Source: Lachnospiraceae bacterium
GTDB lineage: Bacteria; Bacillota; Clostridia; Lachnospirales; Lachnospiraceae
Direction of reading: 5' to 3'
Assembly: GCA_017619975.1 (NCBI GenBank)
Contig: JAFZRH010000031.1
Span: 1,459-65,458, forward strand
Length of the DNA stretch: 64,000 nucleotides
Part shown: positions 26,797 to 36,777 of the stretch, one piece after another
How positions within the stretch are numbered: position 1 is the stretch's first letter
Layout of the letters: each line of letters begins with the position of its first letter
Made by a program: the position numbers and the translations under genes
Notes under the pieces: generated by a model
Seen by the model: the letters and a program-made list of their open reading frames with translations, nothing else
The model's database searches: none
Told to the model about the DNA's origin: nothing

Positions 26797-27666
26797 TTAG
26801 CCCTTGACGCTGCCCGCGGTCACGCCTTTGATGATCGACTTGGACAGGAAGATGTAAGTGATCAGGACCGGCAGGATCGCCAGCAGGATGAACATGTAGA
26901 CCTTGCCCATGTCGAACTTGGAATAGTCCGCGGACCGCAGCTGCGCGATCATGATGGGCACGGTCTTCATCTCCGCCTTATCCAGCAGCAGGGCCGGGAT
27001 GAAGTAGTTGTTCCAGGAACTCACGAAGGAGAAGATCATCTGCACCGCGATGGCGGGCTTGCACATCGGCAGCACGATCGTGTTGAACGTACGGAACTCG
27101 CCCGAGCCGTCCACGCGCGCCGCGTCGATCACGTCCAGCGGCAGCACGCTCTCCATGTACTGCTTCATGTAGAAGAAGACCACGGGAGCCGCGATACCGG
27201 GTACGATCAGCGGGATGTAGCTGTTGGTCAGGCGGAACTTGTTCATCATCTGGATGAAGCCCAACGCGGAGACCTGCGACGGGATCATCATGACCGCGAT
27301 GATGAAGGTGAAGACGAACTTCTTGCCCTTGAAATCATACGCGTGCACGCCGTACGCCGTAAGGGCTGAGAAATACGTGGTCAGCACGGCGGTGGACAGC
27401 GCGATGATCAGGCTGTTCAGCATGCCGCGCGGGATGTTGATGGACGAATCGTTCCAGGCATTGACCAGGTTTTTGAAGAAGTTCTCCTGCGGGACCAGTG
27501 AAAAGCCGGTGGCCAGCTGCGCGTTGGAGCGCGAGGCGTTGACGACCATCAGGTAGAAGAAAAACAGGCAAAGAATGCACAGGAAGATCAGGATCGCGTA
27601 TACGATCACGCGCATGATGGTCAGCTTGATCAGGCCGCGCGTATTGTCGCTCATACCTTTTTTCAT
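26797..27666 (-). CDS. Carbohydrate ABC transporter permease
   Basis: 289 aa, 6 TM, with the EAA-loop-like DAARVDGSGEFRTFNTIVLPMCKPA. Confidence 0.9.
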   Translation of the reverse strand: MKKGMSDNTRGLIKLTIMRVIVYAILIFLCILCLFFFYLMVVNASRSNAQLATGFSLVPQENFFKNLVNAWNDSSINIPRGMLNSLIIALSTAVLTTYFSALTAYGVHAYDFKGKKFVFTFIIAVMMIPSQVSALGFIQMMNKFRLTNSYIPLIVPGIAAPVVFFYMKQYMESVLPLDVIDAARVDGSGEFRTFNTIVLPMCKPAIAVQMIFSFVSSWNNYFIPALLLDKAEMKTVPIMIAQLRSADYSKFDMGKVYMFILLAILPVLITYIFLSKSIIKGVTAGSVKG

Positions 27667-28646
27667 ATCACGTTCCCCTTTCTCTGCCGGTGCTGGCGTT
27701 CGGGATCCTTATACTGGGCGGAGAGCATCTTGTAGACGAAGCCTCCGAGGATGCCGGTGATGATGAACAGGATCACGGAGATCGCGCCGCCCATGCCGTA
27801 GTTCTTGGTGGTCAGGTAGTTGTTCAGGTACATGACCAGGGTCCGCGTGTATTCGTTCGGCACACCCTTGCCGTTCGTCAGGACCTGCGGCACATCGAAC
27901 ATCTGGATGCCGCCGATCATGGCCGTGATGAGGCAGTAGACGAAGATCGGCATGAGCAGCGGCAGGGTCACCCGGAAGAAGACCTGCACGGAATTCGCGC
28001 CGTCGATGGTGGCGGATTCGAACATGGCCTGGTCGATGCCCATGATGCCGGCCATCAGCACGATCGTCGTGTTGCCGAACCACATCAGGAAGTTCATCAG
28101 CGCGATCATCCCGCGGACGGTGATGCGCACCGAGAAGAAGTCAAATGACTGGTCGATCACCCCCCAGGATTCCAGCAGGCCCTGGATCGGACCCACGCGG
28201 GAGAAGAGGGTGTAGAACAGCATGGAAAACGCCGCCGCCATGATCAGGTTGGGCATGTAGATGACGGTCTTGAAAAAGCCCTGTCCCTTGATGTTCAGGC
28301 GGTAGCTGGTGAAGAAGATGGCCAGCAGCATCGCGATGACGAACTGGGGGATGGCGCCCGCGATCCAGAGGATCAGCGTGTTGGCCGCGTATTTCAGGAT
28401 GCGGACCGTGCCGGACGGATCCGCGGTAAACAGGGCCTTGTAGTTGTCTAAGCCGACGAAGTTCGGGCCGATCTGTTTGAGCCCGCTCCGGTAGTTTTCA
28501 AAAAAGCTGTTGTAGATGGTCAGGAACTGCGGGGTCAGCGTGAAAACGATGTACACCAGGAAAAACGGCAGGATGAAAATGTATCCCCATTTGGCGTAAC
28601 TGACGGATTTCCGAGGCCTGAGCATTTTCTGGTCGTTCTTGTTCAT
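27663..28646 (-). CDS. Carbohydrate ABC transporter permease
   Basis: 327 aa, 6 TM, with ESATIDGANSVQVFFRVTLPLLMP. It overlaps the downstream permease by 4 nt. Confidence 0.9.
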   Translation of the reverse strand: MNKNDQKMLRPRKSVSYAKWGYIFILPFFLVYIVFTLTPQFLTIYNSFFENYRSGLKQIGPNFVGLDNYKALFTADPSGTVRILKYAANTLILWIAGAIPQFVIAMLLAIFFTSYRLNIKGQGFFKTVIYMPNLIMAAAFSMLFYTLFSRVGPIQGLLESWGVIDQSFDFFSVRITVRGMIALMNFLMWFGNTTIVLMAGIMGIDQAMFESATIDGANSVQVFFRVTLPLLMPIFVYCLITAMIGGIQMFDVPQVLTNGKGVPNEYTRTLVMYLNNYLTTKNYGMGGAISVILFIITGILGGFVYKMLSAQYKDPERQHRQRKGNVI

Positions 28647-28670
28647 GGGTTCTCCTCCGACGGGTTTGGG

Positions 28671-28713
28671 AAAAAAAGAGGCCGGGGCGGGGGGCAGAAG
28701 CCCCTGCCCCGGC
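28671..28713 (-). terminator. Stem-loop/partial terminator between binding-protein and permease genes
   Basis: GCCGGGGCGGGGG-loop-CCCCTGCCCCGGC 13-bp stem, followed on the - strand by TTTTTTT. This is the usual arrangement for overexpressing the binding protein. Confidence 0.7.
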
Positions 28714-28730
28714 CGGTTCGGTCGGATGAT

Positions 28731-30047
28731 TTAGTTCGCCGGGATGACGATTTCAGGATAGACCTCACCGATGTAGTTGTAGAAGTTCAGCATGGCGGTC
28801 TCTTCGTCGACGGAGCCGTTGTAGAACTCCTGCAGCTTGTTCTGCAGACCTTCGTTCAGCAGCTGGTCATAGTTGGTGTGGTTCTCCCACTTGATGTCCT
28901 TGGCCAGTTCGTAGAAGATCGCGATGTCGTTCTGGCCGTCCAGGATGGAGGTGTTGCCATAGTTGGGGTCTTCGGCAAAAGCCTTGACGACGTCGGTGTT
29001 GTTGACGTACTGGCTGTCATCCTTGACCATCTTGTTCAGGACGTCGGTGTTCACGGTGAAGGTTTCGAAGATGTCCTTCAGCATGGCGGTGTTGTCGGAA
29101 CCGGTGGCAGCCAGCAGCCAGGTGCCGCCCCAGAAGTAAGCCTGAGGGCCTTTTACCAGGCACCAGTCGCCTACGCAGCCGTTTTCAGGATCCTGGGCGT
29201 TGGTCATGCAGAAGTTGTAGTACCAGGCAGGGCCGAAGAAGCACATGGTCTTGCCGGTCTTGAACATTTCGTTGGTCTTTTCCGCATCCCACACACCGGC
29301 GGTCAGGGTGTAGCCGTTCTGGATGTACTTTTCGGTCTGATCCATCCAGGCAGTGATCTGAGGGTCAAACTGCAGGTTGCCGTTGGCATCGACCCAGGGG
29401 GAGGTGCAGTTGTTGGAGAAGGCACGGAAGGTCTCCGCGAAGGAAGCGGTCATGTAGTAGCCTTTTGCCTTGGCTTCGGCGGCAACAGCGTCGAATTTCT
29501 CCCAGCTGTCGATCTTGGCCTGGACTTCGGCGGGAACGTCGGTGCCCAGAACGTCTTTGGCAATGCTCTTGCGGTAGATCACGGCAGCAGGGCAGCACTG
29601 GAAGGAAACGCCCTTGCAGACGCCCTTGGAGTCGGAAGCAGCCTTGATGGTGTACTCATACATGGTGCTGGCATTCTTGAAGCCGAAGGAGGTGATGTCC
29701 ATCGTGTACTCGGAATCGACATATTTGCCGATGTAGTCCGCTTCTGCCAGGAACATGTCGATCTTTTCATCGGCCGGCTTGCTCGCCTGGTTCAGCAGGG
29801 CTTCGTCCAGCTTCTGCTGGTATACGCCGTTGTCACTGGGATTGATGATCCAGTTGACGGTCACGCCTTCCGGAACCTTGTAGTACTTCTCGAAGAATCC
29901 CTTGAACTCTTCATTCCAGGCGTAGATGTTGAACACCTTGCCCTGTTCTGCCTTGGGAACCGCGGTGGTCTCCTTGCTAGGGACGGAGCAGCCCGCAAGA
30001 CCGATGATCATCAGGGCCGCCAGCAGGATAGCAAATACTTTCTTCAT
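28731..30047 (-). CDS. ABC transporter extracellular solute-binding lipoprotein (oligosaccharide)
   Basis: 438 aa. Lipobox MKKVFAILLAALMIIGLAGCS and a family-1 SBP-like, Trp/Tyr-rich body. Confidence 0.88.
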   Translation of the reverse strand: MKKVFAILLAALMIIGLAGCSVPSKETTAVPKAEQGKVFNIYAWNEEFKGFFEKYYKVPEGVTVNWIINPSDNGVYQQKLDEALLNQASKPADEKIDMFLAEADYIGKYVDSEYTMDITSFGFKNASTMYEYTIKAASDSKGVCKGVSFQCCPAAVIYRKSIAKDVLGTDVPAEVQAKIDSWEKFDAVAAEAKAKGYYMTASFAETFRAFSNNCTSPWVDANGNLQFDPQITAWMDQTEKYIQNGYTLTAGVWDAEKTNEMFKTGKTMCFFGPAWYYNFCMTNAQDPENGCVGDWCLVKGPQAYFWGGTWLLAATGSDNTAMLKDIFETFTVNTDVLNKMVKDDSQYVNNTDVVKAFAEDPNYGNTSILDGQNDIAIFYELAKDIKWENHTNYDQLLNEGLQNKLQEFYNGSVDEETAMLNFYNYIGEVYPEIVIPAN

Positions 30048-30119
30048 AATTCTCTCTCCTTACTTATGATTTGCTTTCTTTTACTGTTCTTGATTCTTTT
30101 ATCAAAACGCTTTCGCGCT

Positions 30120-31130
30120 TCAACCAATGTCGGCGACCGTGTCGCCTTTCAGCAGCTCGCCTTCCACGGTGATCTGCTGCGGGATCCAGGTGTCTGGCTC
30201 TTCGATCTGCTCGATCAGCAGCCGGGCGGCTTCCCGTCCCATCTGCTCCGCTCCCTGCCGGTAGGTGGCGAGCCGGGGCCGTAAGACCTGGGAAAGGGGG
30301 ATGCCGTCGTAGCCCACCACGCTCATATCCTTCGGGATCGAAAGGCCGTGCTTTTCCAGCTCGTTCATGCCCCCCAGATAGGACAGATCGTCCGGATAGA
30401 AGATGCAGGTCGGCCGGTTTTCCAGCGCCAGCAGGGCCCGGGTCTGAAGGCCGCTGGAGCGGGGGTCGTGGAAGACGGCGGGGCGGATATATTCCGCGGG
30501 GACCGGGATCCCCAGTTCTGCGCAGGTCTTCCGGAAGCTGGCCAGACGCTTCTGCGTGACCGAGGTGAGTTCGCCGTGGATGAAGGCGATCTTCCGGTGG
30601 CCCTTCGCATGGACGAAACGGACCAGCGTTTCCATCCCGCGGACGTTGTCCGAAAGGATCGAGCTGCGGCTGTCGAAGCTGTAGTCCAGCGTCACCGTGG
30701 GGATCTCGCTGGCCGAAAGGCGGATGATCGCGGGATCCTGAAAGTCTGCCGAGGCGATCACGACGCCGTCGCAGCCGCGGTACTTCGCGTGTTCGTAGTA
30801 ATCCACAGACAGCCGGCCGAGATCCTTCGAGATGAACGTGATGTCGTAACCCAGCCGTTCGGCCTCCGCCTTGACGCTCTCCAAGATCAGAGAGAAGTAC
30901 TCGTGGGAGATGCCGCCTCCCGTCGCGTCCGAGAACAGGACTCCGATGTTGTAGCTGCGCCCCATCTTCAGCGCGCGGGCGGCCGCATTCGGGTGGTAGC
31001 CCAGCGCGGCGGCGGTTTCCCGGATCTTCTGTGTGGTCTCCCGGGAGACGTCGGCGGCGCCGTTTAACGCTTTGCTGACCGTGGCGCGGGAAACACCGCA
31101 TGCTTTTGCAATATCCGTGATCGTCACCAT
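30120..31130 (-). CDS. LacI-family transcriptional regulator
   Basis: HTH MVTITDIAKACGVSRATVSKALNG and a periplasmic-binding-like effector domain. I prefer ATG 31130 over the track's TTG at 31157. Confidence 0.88.
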   Translation of the reverse strand: MVTITDIAKACGVSRATVSKALNGAADVSRETTQKIRETAAALGYHPNAAARALKMGRSYNIGVLFSDATGGGISHEYFSLILESVKAEAERLGYDITFISKDLGRLSVDYYEHAKYRGCDGVVIASADFQDPAIIRLSASEIPTVTLDYSFDSRSSILSDNVRGMETLVRFVHAKGHRKIAFIHGELTSVTQKRLASFRKTCAELGIPVPAEYIRPAVFHDPRSSGLQTRALLALENRPTCIFYPDDLSYLGGMNELEKHGLSIPKDMSVVGYDGIPLSQVLRPRLATYRQGAEQMGREAARLLIEQIEEPDTWIPQQITVEGELLKGDTVADIG

Positions 31131-31309
31131 GAGGTCAGGACGGGTCCTTTCTGTCAAAATGATTACTTAATCGATTTCGCTGGGCTCATTATAGCGCCCG
31201 CGCAGAGACTCGTCAAGCCCTTTTGTGCTAATTTTAATTAAGTTTTTTACTTTTTTCTCTTTCTTTTCTTCTGCCGTGACAAAAATATTGTCTTTTCCCG
31301 AAAAAGCTC

Positions 31310-31338
31310 TTGCGTTTTTCGAAAGGGCTTTTTATAAT
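31310..31338 (+). promoter_or_regulatory. Promoter of GH94 phosphorylase gene
   Basis: TTGCGT (31310-31315), 17-nt spacer, TATAAT (31333-31338). Confidence 0.6.
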
Positions 31339-31342
31339 GTTG

Positions 31343-31356
31343 CTTAATCGATTAAG
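31343..31356. promoter_or_regulatory. LacI-type palindromic operator
   Basis: Perfect 14-bp palindrome CTTAATCGATTAAG, 5 nt downstream of the -10. A 10-of-14 copy CTTAATCGAT lies at 31166-31175 just upstream of lacI. Confidence 0.6.
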
Positions 31357-31411
31357 TTACCGAATCTGTTTACAGTGACGGTTTTTCCGATAGAAAAAGG
31401 AGAAGCAAGGC

Positions 31412-33823
31412 ATGCAATACGGCTATTTTGACGATCTTTCCAAAGAATATGTGATCACCCGGCCGGATACTCCCCTGCCGTGGATCAATTATCTCGGCAG
31501 TGAAGGTTTTTTCTCGCTGATCAGCAATACCGGCGGCGGATACAGTTTCTATAAGGATGCCAAGCTGCGGCGGATCACGCGCTTTCGCTACAACAACGTC
31601 CCGGCCGACGAGGGCGGCCGCCTCTTTTACATCTGCGACGGTGATACGGTCTGGAGCCCTGCTTTTCTGCCGGCCCGGACGCCGCTGGATGCGTACCGCT
31701 GCCGCCACGGGCTGGGCTATTCGGTCTTTGAAGGAAAAAAGAACGGTGTGAGCGCTTCGCTCACCGTGACCGTCCCGATACATTTCGATATGGAAGTGCA
31801 GAAGCTCGTGATCACCAACGGGAGCGACGCCGAGAAAACGCTTAAGATTTACGGCGGGGTGGAGTGGTGCCTCTGGAACGCGGTGGACGATTCGACCAAC
31901 TTCCAGCGCAACTGGAACATCGGTGAGGTTGAAGTCGAAGACAGCACGGTCTATCACAAGACCGAGTACCGCGAGCGCAGAAACCATTATGCCTTTTATT
32001 CCGTGAACGCGCCGCTGGCCGGTTTCGACACCGACCGCGACAGCTTTCTCGGCCGTTTCCGCGGCTGGAATGAGCCGCTCGCCGTCGAAAAGCGCACATC
32101 CTTCGGCAGCCTGGCCTCCGGCTGGGCGCCCGTCGCGATCCTTCGGACGGACCTGACCCTGGCGCCGGGCGAATCCCGGACGCTGCTGTACCGGCTCGGC
32201 TACGCGGAAAATGCAGAGGACCGCAAGTTTACGGCTCTCAACGTTATGAATAAGGAAAAGGCTGAAAAGATGCTGGCCGCCTTTGAGACCGAAGCGCAGT
32301 TCGATATGGCGCGGAAGGAGCTTCAGGCCTACTGGGACAGCCTCCTCTCCCGCTTCCGCCTGCAGAGCTGCGAGGAAAAGCTGGACCGCATGGTCAACAT
32401 CTGGAATCAGTATCAGTGCATGGTCACCTTCAATATGAGCCGCAGCGCCTCCTACTACGAAAGCGGCACGGGGCGCGGCATGGGCTTTAGGGACAGCTGC
32501 CAGGACCTTTTAGGCTTCGTGCACCTGATTCCGGAGCGCGCCAGAGGGCGCATCCTGGACATCGCCTCGATCCAGTTCAAGGACGGCAGCACCTATCATC
32601 AGTATCAGCCCCTGACAAAGCGCGGCAACGCCGACGTCGGCTCCGGCTTCAACGACGATCCGCTCTGGCTCATCGCCTGCACCTGCGCCTACGTCCGCGA
32701 GACCGGTGACTTTTCGATTCTGGACGAGCCGACCCCTTTCAACAACGAAGCCGGCACGGAAGTCCCGCTCATGGAGCATCTGCGCCGCAGCATCGGCTAT
32801 ACCGTCTCGCACAGGGGACCGCATGGCCTCCCGCTGATCGGACGGGCCGACTGGAACGACTGCCTGAACTTAAACTGCTTCAGCCGGGAGCCCGGCGAGA
32901 GCTTCCAGACCTGCTCCAACTTTGAGAGCGGCAAAGCGGAAAGCGTCTTTATCGCCGGCATGTTTGTCAAATACGGGACGGAATACGCCGCGCTCTGCGA
33001 GAAGATCGGACTGGCCGACGAAGCCGCCTCGGTCCGCGCGGCGGTGAAAGACATGGAAAAAGCCGTCCTGAAAGACGGCTGGGACGGCGAATGGTTCCGG
33101 CGCGCCTACGACGCTTTCGAGCGGCCCATCGGCAGCCGGCTGAACGGGGAAGGGCAGATCTTCATCGAACCGCAGGGCTTCTGCGTGATGGCCGGCATCG
33201 GCGGGCCGGAATACGGCCGGAAAGCCCTTCGCTCCACGCAGGAAAAGCTCGGCAACGATTTCGGCATTGAGCTGCTTGCCCCCTGCTACTCGGAATATCA
33301 CGACTATCTGGGCGAGATCTCCTCCTACCCGCCCGGATACAAGGAAAACGGCTCCGTCTTCTGCCACCACAATCCGTGGATCACGCTCGCGTACTGCACG
33401 CTGAAGGACGGCAACGGGGCTTTTGATCTGTATACACGCAATGCGCCGGCGTATATCGAAGACAGGAGCGAGATCCACCGGACGGAGCCGTACTGCTACA
33501 GTCAGACCATTGCCGGCCGGGCGGCGCAGAATTACGGAGAAGCCAAGAACTCCTGGCTGACCGGCACGGCGGCCTGGTCCTTCGTAGCCGTAAGCCAGGG
33601 GATCCTGGGGATCCGCCCGGACTACGACGGTCTCACCGTCGATCCCTGCCTGCCGGATCACATGGACGGCTGCCGGATCAGCCGCCTCTTCCGCGGGACC
33701 CGCTATGACATCACGGTCCGGCGCGGCCCCGAAAAAGGCCTGACCGCAGACGGAAAAGCGCTTGCGGGAAAGACCGTTCCGCTCACCGATGCGCCGGTAT
33801 GCCGGGTGCTCGTTACGATCTGA
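31412..33823 (+). CDS. GH94 glycan phosphorylase (cellobiose phosphorylase-like)
   Basis: 803 aa. The N-terminus MQYGYFDDLSKEYVITRPDTPLPWINYLGSEGFFSLISNTGGGYSFYKDAKLRRITRFRYNNVP is very similar to characterised cellobiose phosphorylases. Confidence 0.9.
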   Translation: MQYGYFDDLSKEYVITRPDTPLPWINYLGSEGFFSLISNTGGGYSFYKDAKLRRITRFRYNNVPADEGGRLFYICDGDTVWSPAFLPARTPLDAYRCRHGLGYSVFEGKKNGVSASLTVTVPIHFDMEVQKLVITNGSDAEKTLKIYGGVEWCLWNAVDDSTNFQRNWNIGEVEVEDSTVYHKTEYRERRNHYAFYSVNAPLAGFDTDRDSFLGRFRGWNEPLAVEKRTSFGSLASGWAPVAILRTDLTLAPGESRTLLYRLGYAENAEDRKFTALNVMNKEKAEKMLAAFETEAQFDMARKELQAYWDSLLSRFRLQSCEEKLDRMVNIWNQYQCMVTFNMSRSASYYESGTGRGMGFRDSCQDLLGFVHLIPERARGRILDIASIQFKDGSTYHQYQPLTKRGNADVGSGFNDDPLWLIACTCAYVRETGDFSILDEPTPFNNEAGTEVPLMEHLRRSIGYTVSHRGPHGLPLIGRADWNDCLNLNCFSREPGESFQTCSNFESGKAESVFIAGMFVKYGTEYAALCEKIGLADEAASVRAAVKDMEKAVLKDGWDGEWFRRAYDAFERPIGSRLNGEGQIFIEPQGFCVMAGIGGPEYGRKALRSTQEKLGNDFGIELLAPCYSEYHDYLGEISSYPPGYKENGSVFCHHNPWITLAYCTLKDGNGAFDLYTRNAPAYIEDRSEIHRTEPYCYSQTIAGRAAQNYGEAKNSWLTGTAAWSFVAVSQGILGIRPDYDGLTVDPCLPDHMDGCRISRLFRGTRYDITVRRGPEKGLTADGKALAGKTVPLTDAPVCRVLVTI

Positions 33824-33869
33824 AACCGTCCGGAACAGAGGCCGAAGATGCTGTGAATAATTGCAAACC

Positions 33870-33999
33870 GTGTCATTCTGAGCGAAGGAGGAGGCAATGC
33901 CTCCTCCTTCGTCGAAGAATCTGATTTGTTGTAATGGCAGCGGATTTCGTACGTAAAGGAAAAGATCCTTCGACTCGCTTCGCTCGCTCAGGATGACAC
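33870..33999. repeat. MITE-like palindromic element, copy 1 (GTGTCATYCTGAGCG termini)
   Basis: GTGTCATTCTGAGCG (33870-33884) and CGCTCAGGATGACAC (33985-33999) match 14/15 as inverted repeats. There is an internal perfect hairpin GAAGGAGGAGGC-AAT-GCCTCCTCCTTC. It shares AAAGATYCTTCGACTC with copy 2. Confidence 0.8.
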
Positions 34000-34036
34000 A
34001 AGCATCCGTTTTACAGCTATTTTATGATGCCTTCGC

Positions 34037-35101
34037 TTATCTTTCCAGTGCGTTTTCGATCAGGCGGTCCAGCAGCTTCGGGATCGGCAGGCCGGCCGCC
34101 TCCCAGAGCTTCGGATACATGCTGATCGCGGTAAAACCGGGGAAGGTATTGATCTCGTTGAAGATCACGCGGTCCGTTCCGCTTTCCAGAAAGAAATCCA
34201 CGCGGGAAAGTCCTTTCCCGCCGACCGCCTGAAAGATCCGGACAGCCGCGTCACGGATCTCGTCCTTTTTGCCGGCCGGCAGCACGGGATCCGTATCGGT
34301 CTGGGAAGCCGGATTGGTATATTTCGCGTCAAAACTGTAAAACTCATCGGCGGAGCGGATCTCGCCAACACCGCTGGCTTTCGGTCCTTCCGGCGTATCC
34401 AGAACGGCGCATTCCAGCTCCCGGCCGAAGATGTTTTTTTCCGCCATCACGCGAGTCCCGTAGCGGGCCGCGAGCCGAAGGGCTTCCGGCAGCGCCGCGC
34501 GGTCCGGCACCCGGGAAGCGCCCTGAGAAGAACCGCCGTCGCAGGGCTTCACAAACATCGGGTACGAAAGAGCGGCCTCTGCCTTCCGGCAGGCAGCCTC
34601 CATATCCTCCAGTTCTTTTTTCTCAAACGCCACATAGGGAGCCTGTGTCACGCCGATTGCATTGACCAGTACCTTTGTATACAGCTTGTCCATTCCGACG
34701 GCGGACGCGGTGACGCCGCAGCCCACGTACGGGATCTGAGCCAGCTCGAAGAGCCCCTGGATGGTCCCGTCCTCGCCGAAACGGCCGTGCAGGGCCGGGA
34801 TCACCACGTCGACCGGCCAGTGCTCCACGCTTCCGTCCGGCCGGCGGATCAGCAGCGCTTTTTCCGAAGCGTCCGGCAGCAGAAACGCGCGGGTATCCGA
34901 CTGCTCCCAGCTGCCGTCACGGATGCTTTGTGCGCTTTTCGCAAGCAGCCAGCGGCCGTCCTTCGTGATGCCGACGATCCTGACACTGTATTGATCCGGA
35001 TCCAGGTTCTGCAGAACGGTAGCCGCCGACAGAAGCGAGATATCGTGTTCTTCGCTCTGACCGCCGCATATTACAAGAAGATTCTTTTTGTTCATCCTCA
35101 T
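34037..35101 (-). CDS. ddl: D-alanine--D-alanine ligase
   Basis: 354 aa. LLVICGGQSEEHDISLLSA N-terminus and ATP-grasp C-terminus (NEINTFPGFT). Confidence 0.92.
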   Translation of the reverse strand: MRMNKKNLLVICGGQSEEHDISLLSAATVLQNLDPDQYSVRIVGITKDGRWLLAKSAQSIRDGSWEQSDTRAFLLPDASEKALLIRRPDGSVEHWPVDVVIPALHGRFGEDGTIQGLFELAQIPYVGCGVTASAVGMDKLYTKVLVNAIGVTQAPYVAFEKKELEDMEAACRKAEAALSYPMFVKPCDGGSSQGASRVPDRAALPEALRLAARYGTRVMAEKNIFGRELECAVLDTPEGPKASGVGEIRSADEFYSFDAKYTNPASQTDTDPVLPAGKKDEIRDAAVRIFQAVGGKGLSRVDFFLESGTDRVIFNEINTFPGFTAISMYPKLWEAAGLPIPKLLDRLIENALER

Positions 35102-35162
35102 TCTGTCTTTTCCTTTCAGAAGGTCCCGGTCAGTATAACACAGACGGCAGAAAGCCGCAAGC

Positions 35163-36581
35163 TTAACGGAACGTCAGCTGATAATAGGCTTTCTCCGCCG
35201 GATATCCGCCGTCCATAAAGCGATCGTAATGATTGCCGCCGAAATACAGGATCAGCGGGAACGCGCCAAGACCCGGGATCAGCTCCTTCGAGCTTCCGTC
35301 CGAGGGACGGAACAAGAGCAGCGAACCGCCGTCGCGCAGGTTCTGAAACAGCAGCGTTTCATCATCCGCGAAGCTGTCGAGCGGCAGCAGTCCCACGGCT
35401 TCATCCGTCTTTTCCGGATAGCGGCTGCCGTATTCCTCCGGAGAGAGCAGGCTCACCGAGCCGTCCGCTTCCACTGTCAGCCTTGACACCCGTCCCTGAA
35501 CGCAGTCGATCAGGAACGGTGCGGTCTGACGGAAGGCGGTCCTGTTGAAAACAACGATCTGATCCGGGCAGGCCGCCAGGATCTGTTCCGGTTCCCGGTT
35601 ATAGAGGATCTTCCCGAGCGGGTACGTCTCCCAGGCGGTGCTGCCCGGACGGCGGACCGCCAGCACGCAATCCTGTCCCGCCGCCTGATCCAGTTTCATA
35701 TTGCAGAAAACGGCGCAGAGACTGCCGTCCGGCAGGAAAGCCGCCGCCTTCAGGCGGGGTCCTCCGTCCGGGAAAAGCGTCTGATCCTGAAAATCGACCG
35801 TTTCCGTCTTCAGGCTCGCCAGATCCGTCACATACAGCGTCGGGACCGGCAGGCGGAAAGAGAGCAGCTTTCCGTCATGGATCCCGCAGAGCGTATTGCC
35901 GATCTCCTCAAAACAGCTGTAATACCGGCCGCTTTCGCAGTCGATCAGCATCACTGCCGTATAGCCGCCGTCGGTCATCAGCAGATAGTTTTCCCGGGTG
36001 TAAAAGCTCACCGAATAAGTTCTGAGCGGCATAACGCGGCCCTGGCTCATGCACAGTTCTTCCGTCAGCGCGGCGCCGGAAAGCTTTGCGACACGTTCCC
36101 GCAGCGTCGCCATCTGCTCTTCGTTCGCCTTGATCTGCAGGCCGTTCCGCATCACGATCTTTTCGCGCAGATATTCCTCCGTCATGGTGTCGGCCGGTAC
36201 CAGCGGGACCGTTCGCCGGCTCTCCAGATGATAAAGATAGGGCGAAACGCCGCCGCACATCAGCAGCGTATCTCCGTCCGGCGCCATGGCGGCGCAGCGC
36301 TCCGCTCCCGCGGCAAAGGCCTGATCCGGAATCGCCACCTTCTGTCCCGAGATCTTTTTCTCCCAGACGGATTCTTTTCCGGCCGGCTGAGCGTCAGCCG
36401 AAGCCGTCTCTGTTTCGGAAGCATTTTCCGAAGGAAGCGTTTCTGTCTTTGTCTCGCGCGGCGCGGCTGTGCTGTCCCCGCCTTCCGTTTCCGCTTTCGT
36501 CGGAACCGTCAGGCTGCAGGCACTCAAAAACAGGCTCAGTGCCAGAAACAGCGCGATCGTTTTTGTGATTTCGGCTTTCAT
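35163..36581 (-). CDS. Lipoprotein of unknown function
   Basis: 472 aa from ATG 36581 with a GGGAGA SD. Lipobox MKAEITKTIALFLALSLFLSAC. I recognised no family. Confidence 0.65.
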   Translation of the reverse strand: MKAEITKTIALFLALSLFLSACSLTVPTKAETEGGDSTAAPRETKTETLPSENASETETASADAQPAGKESVWEKKISGQKVAIPDQAFAAGAERCAAMAPDGDTLLMCGGVSPYLYHLESRRTVPLVPADTMTEEYLREKIVMRNGLQIKANEEQMATLRERVAKLSGAALTEELCMSQGRVMPLRTYSVSFYTRENYLLMTDGGYTAVMLIDCESGRYYSCFEEIGNTLCGIHDGKLLSFRLPVPTLYVTDLASLKTETVDFQDQTLFPDGGPRLKAAAFLPDGSLCAVFCNMKLDQAAGQDCVLAVRRPGSTAWETYPLGKILYNREPEQILAACPDQIVVFNRTAFRQTAPFLIDCVQGRVSRLTVEADGSVSLLSPEEYGSRYPEKTDEAVGLLPLDSFADDETLLFQNLRDGGSLLLFRPSDGSSKELIPGLGAFPLILYFGGNHYDRFMDGGYPAEKAYYQLTFR

Positions 36582-36691
36582 TTTTGACCGTCTCCCTTCC
36601 GTCATCGGCTGATGATAGTCCATTTTATCAGCCGCGCCGGATGCCGTCAAGAAACAGAGCCGCCCGTTTCCCGTCATTTCCCTCAATTCTC

Positions 36692-36720
36692 TTGAAGCTT
36701 TCGCGCAAAAACGCTATACT
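36692..36720 (+). promoter_or_regulatory. Candidate promoter for formimidoyltransferase operon
   Basis: TTGAAG (36692-36697), 17-nt spacer, TATACT (36715-36720). Confidence 0.55.
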
Positions 36721-36777
36721 GATACGGGCGGCAGGACGCCGCCTTTTAAGACGCATCTGCATACAAGGAGGCCCTGC

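Noticed and set aside
30048-30119. Possible CcpA cre site or promoter between lacI and the binding-protein gene
   Set aside because: TGAAGCGCGAAAGC fails the cre consensus TGWAANCGNTNWCA at several fixed positions, and no convincing -35/-10 pair was found. The binding-protein gene may be read through from lacI.
30064-31101. 345-aa ORF in a second - strand frame over lacI
   Set aside because: The frame 30120..31130 carries the LacI HTH and effector domain, whereas this frame is Arg/Pro/Gly-rich and lacks an SD.
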